Assembly: GCF_009914755.1 (NCBI RefSeq)
Contig: NC_060942.1
Strand: one strand, 5' to 3'
From: the human T2T-CHM13v2.0 reference genome, Homo sapiens
DNA: 64,000 bases
Under the pieces are notes generated by a model. That model was not told the DNA's origin and did no database searches. It was given only the letters and a program-made list of their open reading frames with translations. Of this stretch, positions 1-11,505 are shown one piece after another; position 1 is the first letter of the stretch; every line of letters begins with the position of its first letter. The translations under genes were made by a program, and so were the position numbers.

Positions 1-1693
1 CCACTAAGAGGGCTCACGTTCACTTTGATTACTTAGTTTATATCTTTTTTATTTGATTGAAAGTTGCTTCCCATAAAGAAAGAAATTTGCATGCAGCGAC
101 CAAAGGATCAACCCAGTTACCTGATCCTTTCCATTAAGAGTTTACTTGTTTTACGTTGTGTTGTTAGACTCTGTCCATTAGTGGGAATGGTTCTGGGCAT
201 CCTCTCTGGACTTGGGCTTATATTTCAGGCTCATGGCTGCTTGAGTGAGCTGTTTATGTTCAGTGTTAAGGAAGTCTGTGAAGAGATGTTTTTCCCCCAT
301 AACCTTCTGATACAATCATCGACACAGAAACCCAATGCCATTTTTAGGAGAAAGTTGGAGTAAAGTAAACACTCAAAGTGGTTTCAGGAAGGTGAGTGCT
401 CTGTCTCCCCCAGGAAGCTTCTCCCTCTTCTCTCACACGGGAGTCCAGCAGACCCACCGCCTACCTTGGGACATGTGTACAAAAGACAGATGAGGTTGCT
501 ACTGAGAGGATGCTACTTTTGGTGTTGATTATAAACAGCATGGCAATTCATTTAGAAGCTAAAATTATAGAACAAAGCATCATCCTAACTATTGTCTACA
601 AATATTTTTTACCTACCAGTGGCAGTAGGATAGACTTTACTACTCTTAGATCCTGTGGTCTCAGATGCATGCCTCTCAGATGGAGGTGTCTTGGTGGCAG
701 AGTTGAGAACACTAGCCATCATTTCTGATCATTGTTAATAATCTTTAACACTAGCAAGAAGCTCTGCTATTGAGTTCCTCTCCTAGGAGACTGTCATTTA
801 CACCTGATGGCCCTTGACGTCTCCATTTTTCCAGTTGTTACTCCAAGACAAGTAGATTCTCTTCACTGGTTGTTCTTCTCCCTAAGCCAGCAATCCTGCC
901 CTCTTCTCTTTGTCCTTCTTCTCAGGCTCAAAGCAGACACCTGCACAGTCATGATATGGCAGCTGCTTCCTCCCTGAGCAAGAAGTGGGCTGGTGACAGC
1001 TCTGAGGCCACAAGCAACAGCTGAGAGGAAGGAGGGGATGGGAACCAACAGAGACAATGACAGAAAACCTGGCTTTAGAATGGAGCAAGTGACCAGAGAG
1101 CAAACATGTGCCGCAGGAGGTTTCAGTGAGTGTCTGGTTCAGTAACTTCCTCGTTCCAAAAGAAGGTGCTTAGCTCAGTGCCCACTTCAAGGTAAAAGTT
1201 GTTGAAATGCAAAAGTTGGAGAAAGGGATTCCTGTAGAGTGGCATTGCTGGCACTCAGAACTAATGAGAGGCTTCACAAAGAACCCGCAGAGAGAGCTTC
1301 TCCTTGGGGATGCCTTGTAGCATTGGGCTGGTAGACGCTGCATGAAGCCACGTGGCCAACAGGTAGGTGGGGGCTGAAATCCAGCCAGTTCCCTTCACCA
1401 AGCCTTGCACACCCCAGACATCTTTTTCTAATCTGTACCTGCGCTGGAGTGCATACACATGCAATTTTGGGGATTATCAGGGGCCCTGCTGACACTCACC
1501 TGAGATTGCAGAGTCCTGGGGAAAGAGATGGGCTACAGTGACTGGGCCAATGAGCAGCTGGGTGGGCTGGGAAGGAGTTGCCTGTGACCAGGGCCAGGTA
1601 GATACAGGCCTGCCCAAGGGCATGCTCTGGGGTTGAGGGGACCCCTCAGAAAAAGACTGGACATAGCCACTGGATGCCCAGAGGCGGACGGAA

Positions 1694-2353
1694 TTTTTCT
1701 TTCTTTCTTTTTTTATTATACTTTAAGTTCTGTGTTACATGTGCAGAACATGCAGTTTTGTTACATAGGTATACACATGCCCTGGTGGCTTGCTGCACCC
1801 ATCAACCCATCACCTACATTAGGGTATTTCTCCTAATGTTACCCCTAGCCTCCTACCCAATAGGCCCTGGTGTGTGATGTTCCCCTCCCTCTGTCCATGT
1901 GTTCTCATTGTTCAGCTCCCGCTTATAAGTGAAAACGTGCAGTATTTGGTTTTCTGTTTCTGTGTTAGTTTGCTAAGGATGATGGCCTCCAGCTCAATCC
2001 ATGTCCCTGCAAAGGACATGAACTCATCGTTTTTTATGGCTGCATAGTATTCTATGGTATATATGTGCCACATTTTCTTGATCCAGTCTATCATTGATGG
2101 CATTGATGGACATTTGGGTTGGTTCCAAGTCTTTGCTATGCGAATAGTGCCACAATAAACATACGTGTGCATGTGGTTTTATCGTAGTAGAATGATTTAT
2201 AATCCTTTGGGTATATGCCCAGTAATGGGATTGCTGGGTCAAATGGTACTTCCAGTTCTAGATCCTTGAGGAATTGCCACACTGTCTTCCACAATGGTTG
2301 AACTAATTCACACTCCCACCAACAGTGTAAAAGCGTTCCTATTTCTCCACATC
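1694..2353 (-). mobile_element. 5'-truncated L1PA (about L1PA7/8) 3' end
   Basis: Poly-T followed by the L1 3'UTR (ttattatactttaagttc...). The minus-strand ORF 1912-2172 matches the ORF2p C-terminus ([12 protein letters not shown]...[10 protein letters not shown]). Degenerate TSD GGCGGACGGAATTTTT / GGCAGAGGGAGTTTTT. Confidence 0.93.
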
Positions 2354-3067
2354 TGGCAGAGGGAGTTTTTCAAGAGGAGACATGGAAAACAGTCAAGTTT
2401 CTTAGGATATATGGCTCTTACAAGTTCTGTTCCTACCGTAATTGGCTATAGACATGAACAAATGCCCATCACTACATAAAGAAACATGAAAGCAACAACG
2501 ACATATTATTTTTCATCATATTGGCAAATATTCCAAAACCAGTAGTATTCAAAGCTGGTGAGGGCAAGGAGAGATGGGCACCCTGATGTACAAGTGAGGT
2601 TTTCAATTACTTAAAACTTTCTGAAAAGCAACTTGGCAATAGATAATGTAGGTCTTACAAATAATAAAACCATTTTGCACAGTAATTACTGTAATTACAG
2701 TTGTAGGACTCTATCCAAAGGAAATAAGAAATGAATATAAAGATCTTCCTTGCATGTATAGAAAGAAAATTTTTAACATCCCAAATGTCTAACATTAGTA
2801 TGAGAAAATTTATTAATTTCTGCTATTTCTGTTGAGCATTTGTAGGAATTAAAATTATGTTTTAAAGCCTAAAAAGTATCAAGTGAAAAAAAAAGTGGAA
2901 TTCTAACAGCATGTAGAAAAAAGACTAGAAGAAAAGATAGCAAAGTGTCAATGATGGATCTTTCTGGATCAGGGATTATGGGGAACTTTTCTTCTTTATG
3001 CTTTAATTTCCCACAATAGACATATATCACTCTTCTCTTTAAATCAAGAAGAAAAAATGTCAGTGAT

Positions 3068-3275
3068 AAAGGCCTGGTAGCTGGTAGCTGAATGAAAGGC
3101 CTGGTGACTGGTGGCTGAAAGAAAGGCCTGGTAGCTGGTAGCTGAATGAAAGGCCTGGTAGCTGGTAGCTGAATAAAAGGCCTGGTAACTGGTGAAAGCC
3201 CTGGTGACTGGTAGCTGAAAGAAAGGCCTGGTAGCTGGTAGCTGAATGAAAGGCCTGATAACTGGTAGCTGAATG
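3068..3275. repeat. Minisatellite, 27-bp unit AAAGGCCTGGTAGCTGGTAGCTGAATG, about 8 copies
   Basis: Tandem copies are directly visible, one of them shortened. The array explains the repetitive ORFs 2869-3396 and 3060-3317. Confidence 0.95.
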
Positions 3276-3489
3276 CTGGTGCTGGTGGGGGCTGTAGCCC
3301 AGCACGCAGGTGACCATCCTGGGCCTGGTCTTGCCCGGCAGAGATGCTCAGCTCTGAGCTGTGTGGGTGCTGGTGGAACACCTTCTCAGCGGACACAGGG
3401 GTCTAGGCTGCAGGCAGCCACCCCCAGGTTTAAGGCGTGTCCCCACCAAATGCTCAGGGCTGTTGCCACTCTTCGGAATAGTTCTTTAG

Positions 3490-4043
3490 GGCAGTGCTTT
3501 TCAGACTTGAATGTGCAGACCTATCACTGGAGGACTTATTAAAATGCAGACTCTGATTCAGAAAGTCTTGGGTAGAGCCTGAGGTTCTGCTTCTCTGTCA
3601 CCTTCTAGGGTACAGAGATGACCCAAATGAGGATCACGCTCTGAGTGCTCATGAGTGGCACGGCTCTAGAGCAGTTTCTCAAACTTTAATCATACATGAG
3701 GATCCCCTGGATCATTTGTTAGACACAGCTTTCTGGACCCTGCATGCAGAGATCCTGACCCCATAGGTCTGGGCGGGGCTTGATCACCTACATCCTGCTC
3801 AGCTCCCCGGTGATGCTGATGCTGCCTGTCTGCGGACCACACTTTGGGTAGTGCCCTGTTGCACTCACATCTCTAGCACCTTGTTCCTCAAAGAGCGGTC
3901 CCAGACCCAGCAGTATCAGCATCACCTGGCAGCCTGCCGAAAATATCAATGCTCAGACTCCACTCAGACCTGTAGAATCGGAGTCTGCAGCTTAACGAGA
4001 TCCCTGGGTGATTTCAGGTACGTTCGAGTTTGGGACACTCTGG
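3490..4043. mobile_element. Cluster of three MER5-family (hAT-Charlie) MITE remnants: two +, one -
   Basis: Diagnostic phrases: ttattaaaatgcagactctgattcag; ggtgatgctgatgctgcctgtctgcggaccacacttt; and its reverse, ctcaaagagcggtccc...cagcatcacctgg. Confidence 0.7.
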
Positions 4044-4049
4044 TCAACA

Positions 4050-4299
4050 ACAGACTCTTTAAGAGCTGATTGACTTCATTTTCCGGATGATCAGTGGGTG
4101 TCCTCCCTCTCCCAACCCTCGATCACTGGGTGAATCAGCACTCCTCCTGAGCCAGCTGAGCTGCTTCCTCGGTCTCCCTATCACGGTCACCATCAGGGTC
4201 ATGCGGCTGATTACCTGCTGACAGGGGACGACTTCTGCTCTCAGTTTATTTCCTTGAGTGGTGCTGACTGTCGTTCAGGAGAAAAGCAGCTCAGTGGCC
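4050..4299 (+). promoter_or_regulatory. Putative relic promoter / 5' UTR of THEMIS3P
   Basis: Unique sequence directly upstream of the ATG with CRE-like TGACTTCA (4071-4078), ETS-like TTCCGGA (4081) and AP-1-like TGAATCA (4131-4137). Inferred from position only. Confidence 0.3.
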
Positions 4300-4390
4300 A
4301 TGGAGCAAACATGGAATTCTTACATCAATTCCTTAAACCAGAACTCCTTGCCTGGATAAGTGGAGGTGACCAGGGGAAACTATTTTCCAG
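4300..4390 (+). pseudogene. THEMIS3P: THEMIS3P exon 1 (coding part, 91 nt) with premature TAA at codon 20
   Basis: Strong Kozak context gccATGG at 4300. Translates MEQTWNSYINSLNQNSLPG*VEVTRGNYFP(G), which aligns without gaps to THEMIS [30 protein letters not shown](G), with L17-P18 at the same position. TAA at 4357-4359; canonical donor CAG|GTAAGA at 4391. Confidence 0.85.
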
Positions 4391-4931
4391 GTAAGAAATG
4401 TGGGCTTGCTTAAGGTTCCTTGATGTGGGACTTCGGGAATAGGAGCAGGGGAAGGAAGTCTATGTTCTAGATCACCTCAAAACAATGCTGTGCTCAGAAA
4501 AATTGACTGTCCTTTCACTGGAATGAATTTGCTTAAAAATACCCTGTCCTTATTTCTTTTTAATACACCACAACTTTAGGAGAACATTTTTCTTTTCCCA
4601 AGATGGTAGAGTATTGGAAAAGAAAGAAAAAGTGCTCTGTTTATGGAAGACGTATTTATTTGCTAAGGTACTTTCCTTAGCCCTGGGCAGAATGAAATGT
4701 ACATTCTAGATTTTCTCTTTGCTTGAATTTAAATGCAGTGTATGTTGTCATATTTCCTGCTCATTGAAGGTGCGGGTTTTTTTTTAAATCTGACAGGAGG
4801 ATGGGGAGGGATGCTATTCACTAGTGGCTATTTGAAATATAGTGATTCCCTAGAAAGGAAGAAAAAAAACCCACCCCAATGTTACTTTTGAGCAGTGAAT
4901 ATTTTTTACTTTGCTAAGAAATTACTGCAAG

Positions 4932-5284
<353 letters not shown>

Positions 5285-5776
5285 TTATCTTTTGTTGGCT
5301 TGATAGTAACAAAAAAAAATCATGTCAATGCTATAGGCATTTTCTCATGCTTCGTGAGAATTCTGCCTGCGCAGCAGAAAACCATCCAACACTCTCCCTA
5401 CATTATTATAACAGGAAAAATGGGGCTGACTTCTGAAAATGATGGGGGTGACCACTCTGCCCATTGGGCAAGGCAAATCATGATTGTCACTTATTGCAAG
5501 AAAATCATTTCAAATCATTTTAAATGTAAGATGCATTACACATTCTGACATACTTAAAATAATGCCTCTTTATAAAAGGTTTAGTTTTACCAAAAGAGTG
5601 GTCTTTTTCTGTTTTTGTTTTTGAGAAAAATCCATTTGTCTTTAAGTCATATTTAACAAGTTTGAATAACCAAATTTTTTCTTAAAATTGTCATTTACCA
5701 ATAGAAATATTAGATACAAATGTTGGAATATAACTTCAGCTTTTGAAAATGTTTCCACGCAAATGAACTTTTTCAG

Positions 5777-5911
5777 GGTCACTGTGTAATCTGTCATTCT
5801 CCAAAGGGGACACCATCACAGTCACTGACCTAATACTCTCCAACCTCAGAGCAGAAGTGAATGATGAAGAGAAGTCTCTGGGCATGGTCAATATACTTCT
5901 TGGATATGAAG
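5777..5911 (+). pseudogene. THEMIS3P: THEMIS3P exon 2 (135 nt, frame open)
   Basis: Acceptor tttttcag|, phase 1 at both ends. Translates GSLCNLSFSKGDTITVTDLILSNLRAEVNDEEKSLGMVNILLGYEG, compared with THEMIS [24 protein letters not shown]...FELPMNFPG. Donor AAG|GTGAAA at 5912 is weak. Confidence 0.85.
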
Positions 5912-7074
5912 GTGAAATATACAATATTCCATTTTAGCTTTTGAGAACTTTTGTGGAGTATGAGTATGTGTGTGTAAGGAGAAGAGAGGAGGTAAATTTT
6001 GCTTAGTTTTGCCAGGCTCATGAAAATAAGTTACCCAAAGTACCTGTTGGAACTTGGCTTAATTGGAAAGTGAGTCACAAATAGGCATTTCCCAGGGACA
6101 CAGGCCCAGAAGGCTGACTGCTCAGTCCTAGGTGAGCTCCATGAATGGTGCTCTAAACTCCGCATGGCGCTGAGGCATGAGAACGAGGACATCTCATACA
6201 CTTGTCTTTCCTTTATTACATCACTAACCGTGTTCCTCCTGGAAATTACCATATCTGAGAAAACCTGAAACCTTTTTGATCGCATGATAGATGTAATCAG
6301 TGAATGTTCCTACATGGAGAAGCTGGCTTTGGAAATCTACTGGCTCACTGTGGTAAAGACTGATTCAGGGGCTGCACTGACCCTGCAGCTCAGTGGTGGG
6401 ATTGTTGGTGGGGTTTTGCTTAGTTTGTTTTTTTGAAATAGAAAGGAATAAAAATATTCCATTAGTCATTTGTAACTTGGGAAGGGTATATAAAATAAAA
6501 AAAAAAGATTAAATGAATTTCATATTTATATGATGACCAGTTAAGAGTGACAGAGAAGTCTTGAGGCCATGGGAGGTAGAAATAAAGAGAGAAGGGTGAG
6601 GAGGAAGCATGAGCCTAGCCACAGGGGGGCCTCAGATGTAGACTGAGAAGGATGGAGACAGACATATACATATGAGACTGTCAGAATTTATTGTTTAGAA
6701 AAGCAAACAAAAACTGGTTCAATCTAAGCCTAATGCTCAAAAGCACAGCAGTGTGAGAATCTTCTCTCTCCATCTTTGGAAGGGAGCAGTGATTGGAACT
6801 GGGTGTGTGGGGAGCTGCAGCATCCCTGATGTGTGGGGAGCTGCAGTATCCCTGGTAAAGCCCTTCCTGAGGCCCTGTCTTGTTGCAACACTTGTAAAAT
6901 GCTGCCCTCTCTAGGAGCCCTCCACAGTCTGGAATCAAGTGAGGGGCTATGTCAGCTGCAGGGTGGTTGGTTCCAGAATGTGTAAGGCACTGAATTTTGA
7001 ACAAATGAGCAAAAGACCATTTTTAATGGCTGTTAATAAAAAGTTACCATGCTTAGATGTTAACACAGGACTAC

Positions 7075-7491
7075 TGTCAAAAGACAACTTACAAAAAATT
7101 TAAACATCTTACTTGACTTTTATGTGTGATTCTAGAATTGGGAAACACCTTGTTCTATAAGATAGAAAGTGTTCCAAAGAGCTGAGCAGAGGAGCTTGGT
7201 TTTCTAGACAGGGCTGAGGAAAGCAGAAACAGGGAACAGACAGCAGATTGGCTATTTCAAACTTACTTTTCTTGTGAAGGTTCAAGCAGAGGGGACTTCC
7301 TTATGCCACTAGAACTGGCCTGTTTGGGGATTTGACTATCACCTCTCTCTGTAACTTCTTGGCATGCTGAAGATCTTAGTTTCCACTTGGTGGTGTTGAA
7401 TTGGCAGGAGTGACTCCATTTTGTCTGGTCCGCTGGGCCTGGTGCGGGAGCTTAGTCCAAACCAATGACCTTCCATAAATTGTATCTAACA
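7075..7491 (-). mobile_element. ERV1-class solo LTR (MER31-like; subfamily uncertain)
   Basis: TG...CA-bounded ~415 bp segment resembling reverse-oriented MER31/MER4-group LTRs, from memory. Confidence 0.55.
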
Positions 7492-8297
7492 TGACTAACT
7501 ACGACGTAAGGAAAATTGTCTAGGTAGAGGAAGATCTTTTCTTCTTTTAGGTGGCCTCTGTGTTGTTTTAAGAATGGATCCAGAGGCCCCAGGCTCTGTA
7601 CACAAATTAAGAAGCCACACATTTCCAACCTCTCCTAGAACTCAAATGAAGACATTTCAGCATGGATTCCCTGAAAAGAAGGACTAGACACCTCATCTTG
7701 GTAGTTCATTTCTGCACACAGTATTTCTAGATCCTGGAAAAGCATTTCCAGCATCAGGGTTTGTTTGGGGATGGGATCTGAGGGTCACCTGGAAGACAGG
7801 AGTCCCCTGTGTTCCCAAGGGTGACGTCCCTCTAGTCCTGCCTGTCGGCCAGCCCAAGTGGCCAACCCACTCCCCCATGTTTAACATGGAACCTGTCTTT
7901 CTCTTTTCACAATGCCCCCTCCCCTACTGAGGTCCAGAATGTTCTCATTGAGCGATCTGTTCCTTTACTATAGGACTTGAGCCGTCAGTGACTGGTGACA
8001 AAAAACTCTGAGGATGGGCTTTGTGAGGGAGCCGGAGGCCAGGCGGGAGGCCCCCACGTGGCAAGTCTACTCTTCCCATTTCACCTGCTTCCCCTCTCTC
8101 GGGCGACTTTGCACTTTGGCCCTGCCCTCACCACAGAAGGGACAGCTGGTCTGTGTTTCCACTAGGACCACAAGCAATCAGAATAGCTTGCCTCCTGGGT
8201 CAGTCCGCTGGTCTCTCTTCCTGCCACTGAGACTCTAAGACCCGCCCACTGTAGTATAAAAAGGACACAGAGCTGCAGAGTTGGAAATGGCTAATCA

Positions 8298-8608
8298 ACT
8301 GGGTGCGGTGGCTCACACCTGTAATCCCAGCACCTTGGGAGACTGAGACCGGAGGATGGCTTGAGTCCAGGAGTTTGAGACCAGCCTGGGTCTCAAATAG
8401 TGAGACCCTATCGCTACAAAAATATTAAAAATTAGCCGAGCATGGTAGCTCACATCTGTAGTCCCAGCTACTCAGGAGCTTGAGGTGGGAGGATCACTGG
8501 AACCCAGGAAGTCTAGGCTGCAGTGAGCCATGATTGTACCACTGATTCCAGCCTGGGCGACAGAGCAAGACTGTCTCAAAAATAAATAAATAAATAAATA
8601 AATAAATA
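8298..8608 (+). mobile_element. AluJ
   Basis: Dimer with (TAAA)n tail; TSD GAAATGGCT(A/G)ATCA. Confidence 0.93.
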
Positions 8609-10086
8609 GAAATGGCTGATCAGAAGCAGTGGCTCTATATGCTTGAGTGAGCCAGATGGGACAGGGAGTGGGTGAGACGAGGCAGTGAGCAGCCCAGGAG
8701 CCCCGAGGGTGACCCAGGAAGAAGGAAGAGCAGGGAAGGTGGCCCTAGAGAGCTTTTGCAGTTCCTGCCAGAGACACAGCTGCAAGGCTGGATTTCGAGA
8801 AGCACATTTACTTCTATGATTGCCTCCCACCAGCTGGTTGGTGATGCCACTCCCCTCTCAGTGTCTTTACCCAATAATCTGTAAAATGGGGATAATGATC
8901 CAGCCACATAGCCAACTTACCAAGCCACCAGGGGCCACACAGTTCTTTAAAATCACGTGGGCAATGTTCAAAGTACCAGCCAGGATGTTTCTCTAGTGGT
9001 GAGAGCTTTGAAAGAGCAAGAAAGCTTCGGGAATGAAATGTGATGTTTCCTATTTGACAGAGGGATGTTTTAGGTGACAGTGCAAAAGACAGGAGGGTTG
9101 GCAGGGAGAGCAAGGGGCTTGGCTGGGGAAGACCAGGCGGAGCTGGACACCTGCCGAGCTGAGTCTGCCTCTCTGCATTTATTTTCTGATTAGCATTCTA
9201 ATGGTAGCCCAGAGGGTCAGATTAATCAAAGTGGGAAGCATTTCTCTTTCAATTGCAATTACAACCATTATTTATGTTATTGAAATTAATCAATCACTAT
9301 TGACTGCCTTTACTATTTTTTATATCATTTTGAGGAATGGGACAAACAAATGTCCCACCCCTTCCCTGGTAGGCAGCCCCAAACCGAGAGGCACAAAAAT
9401 TCTCCTCACCATGAAGTAGAGAAAGTAAGGAGGGTGGTGTGGTCAATGTGAAATTTTTAACATGCAATTTCTGTGTAAAGCAACATGCTGTTTGCATTCT
9501 TAGAATTTCTTGGCAAAAAGCTGGCACTCCTTAATAGACCTGTGTCTCATACGCAAGTCACCCACATCAGTACCACATTTTGGGGTGTCTTAAAGGACAC
9601 TTTTTGGTATGGCATAGCCATTCTGCTTATCAGGGGATGTTAGAACTGGCGGCTAGACCACTGTTTTCAATCCGACCACATGGTTGTCTGTACATAAACT
9701 GAAAAAAGCATTCACGCTGTTCTCTTGCTAGTTTTAATGTACAGCAGTTTTCCTTAGCACAACAGAAAATGGATGAGTTTAATATATGGTTAAAATCATA
9801 TCCACATTTTGAGTAAGACAACGATTAAGTCTATGACAGGGAGTTCTGAATACCTTCCAACGTATAAGACTTCCTAAACGTATACCTACTTCTAGCATCT
9901 CCTTTCATCTTCATTACTCTGAGAGCTGAGCCAGGCAGTTGTTAGGAAGCCGCATGACATAGTAAAAAGAGCAAGGGTTAGCATCAAAAAGATCTGCCTT
10001 TGAAGGTTAGGTTCGCCGTTGTCCAGGCTGCAGGGAAGAGTGGCATTTGAGTCTACTTTGTAATTGGAGTTAAGGAGATAGAGAAG

Positions 10087-10199
10087 TAGGGTGACCGACT
10101 TGTCCCAATGCCTAGGGGCCTTCCTGGTTTTAGCACTGGAATTTCCCCATCCAGGCAATACCCTCAGGCCAGGGGAAGCCAGGGTTATTGGTTACCCTA
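10087..10199. mobile_element. MER81-like hAT-Blackjack MITE
   Basis: 113 bp with terminal inverted repeats TAGGGTGACC...GGTTACCCTA and internal ggttttagcactg. Confidence 0.75.
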
Positions 10200-10505
10200 T
10201 GAGGGATAGTGGGTGGTGGTGGATGGATTCTAGAAAAGGCAATGAACAAACGTTCAGGCCATGATCATCCCCGGCCTTTCATGGAGGAGAGAGCTTGGGT
10301 GGAAGCCACAGGGTGACAGGAGGTGCTAGAGAGGTGGGGGACAGATCATGAAGGCCTCTGAAAGGAGGGCCAGGCCTGCATCAAAAATCTGTCAAGAGGG
10401 TGGATCTCATATTGGGTTTTTACCACACATACACACACCAAAAAACAAAACAAAGAACAAAAAAACCAAGGGGCATGAGGCAGCTTTTGGAGGTGATGGC
10501 TCTGT

Positions 10506-11228
10506 TGATATGGTTTAGATGTTTGTGCCTCCAAATCTCATGTTGAAATGCGACCCCGAGCCTGGAGCGGCAGCTCACGCCTGTAATCCCAGCACTTTGG
10601 GAGGCCAAGGCCAGGCGGATCACCTGAGGTCAGGAGTTCGAGACCAGCCTGGCCAACGTGGCAGAACCCTGTCTCTACTAAAAATAACAAAAGTTAGTCA
10701 GGCGTGGTGGCACGCACCTGTAATCCCAGCTACTTGGGAGGCTGAGGCAAGAGAACTGCTTGAACCCAGGAGGCAGAGGTTGCAGTGAGCCAGGACTGCA
10801 CCATTATAATCCAGCCTGGTTGACAGATCAAGACTCCATCTCAAAAGAAATGCAACCCCGAATGTTGGAGGTGGGCCTGGTGAGGAGTGTTTGAGTCATG
10901 GGCATGGACCCCTCATGAGTGGCTTGGTGCTGTCCTTGCAATAGTGAGTGAGTTCTCACTCTATGAATTCACATGCAATTGGGTTGTTTAAAAGAGTGTG
11001 GCACCTCCCCCTCATTCTCTCTCACCCAAACTCTCGCCATGTGACACACCTGCTCCCCCTTTGCCTTCTGTCATGATTGGAAGCTTCCTGAGGCCTCACT
11101 AGAAGCAGATGCTGGCACTGTGCCTCTTGTACAGACTGCAGAACCATGAGCCAATTAAACCTCTTTTCTTTATACATTACTCAGTCTTGGGTATTTCTTC
11201 ATAACAATGCAAGATCAGCCTAATATAT
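10506..11228 (+). mobile_element. MST (MaLR) solo LTR interrupted by an Alu
   Basis: Starts tgatatggtttagatgtttg; contains gagccaattaaacctcttttc; ends ctaatata. Confidence 0.9.
10560..10846 (+). mobile_element. AluSx-like nested in the MST LTR
   Basis: Full dimer; TSD GAAATGC(G/A)ACCCCGA. Confidence 0.95.
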
Positions 11229-11321
11229 CTGTTTATTACCTTGATTGTGGTGATGGGTTCATGGGTCCATATTCATTAAATTGTGTAATTAAATATGTGC
11301 AGGGTTTTTTTTATGTCTAAA

Positions 11322-11505
11322 TGAAAGAAAGGAAGAGAGGGAAGAAAGAAAGGAAAGAAAGAAAGAAAGAGAAAGAAAAGAAAGAATGAAAAGAAAGAAG
11401 AAAGAAAAGAAAAAAGAAAGAAAAAGAGAGACAAGAAAGAAAGAAAGAAAGAAAGAAGAAAGAGAGAAAGAAAGAAAGGAGGGAGGGAGGAGAAAGGAAG
11501 GAAAG
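11322..11505. repeat. GA-rich / (GAAA)n polypurine tract
   Basis: About 180 bp almost entirely A/G. Confidence 0.95.

Noticed and set aside
2869-3396. 175-aa ORF with repeated TRPFIQLPA; the array superficially resembles a CRISPR
   Set aside because: It is a head-to-tail 27-bp minisatellite with no unique spacers, in primate DNA.
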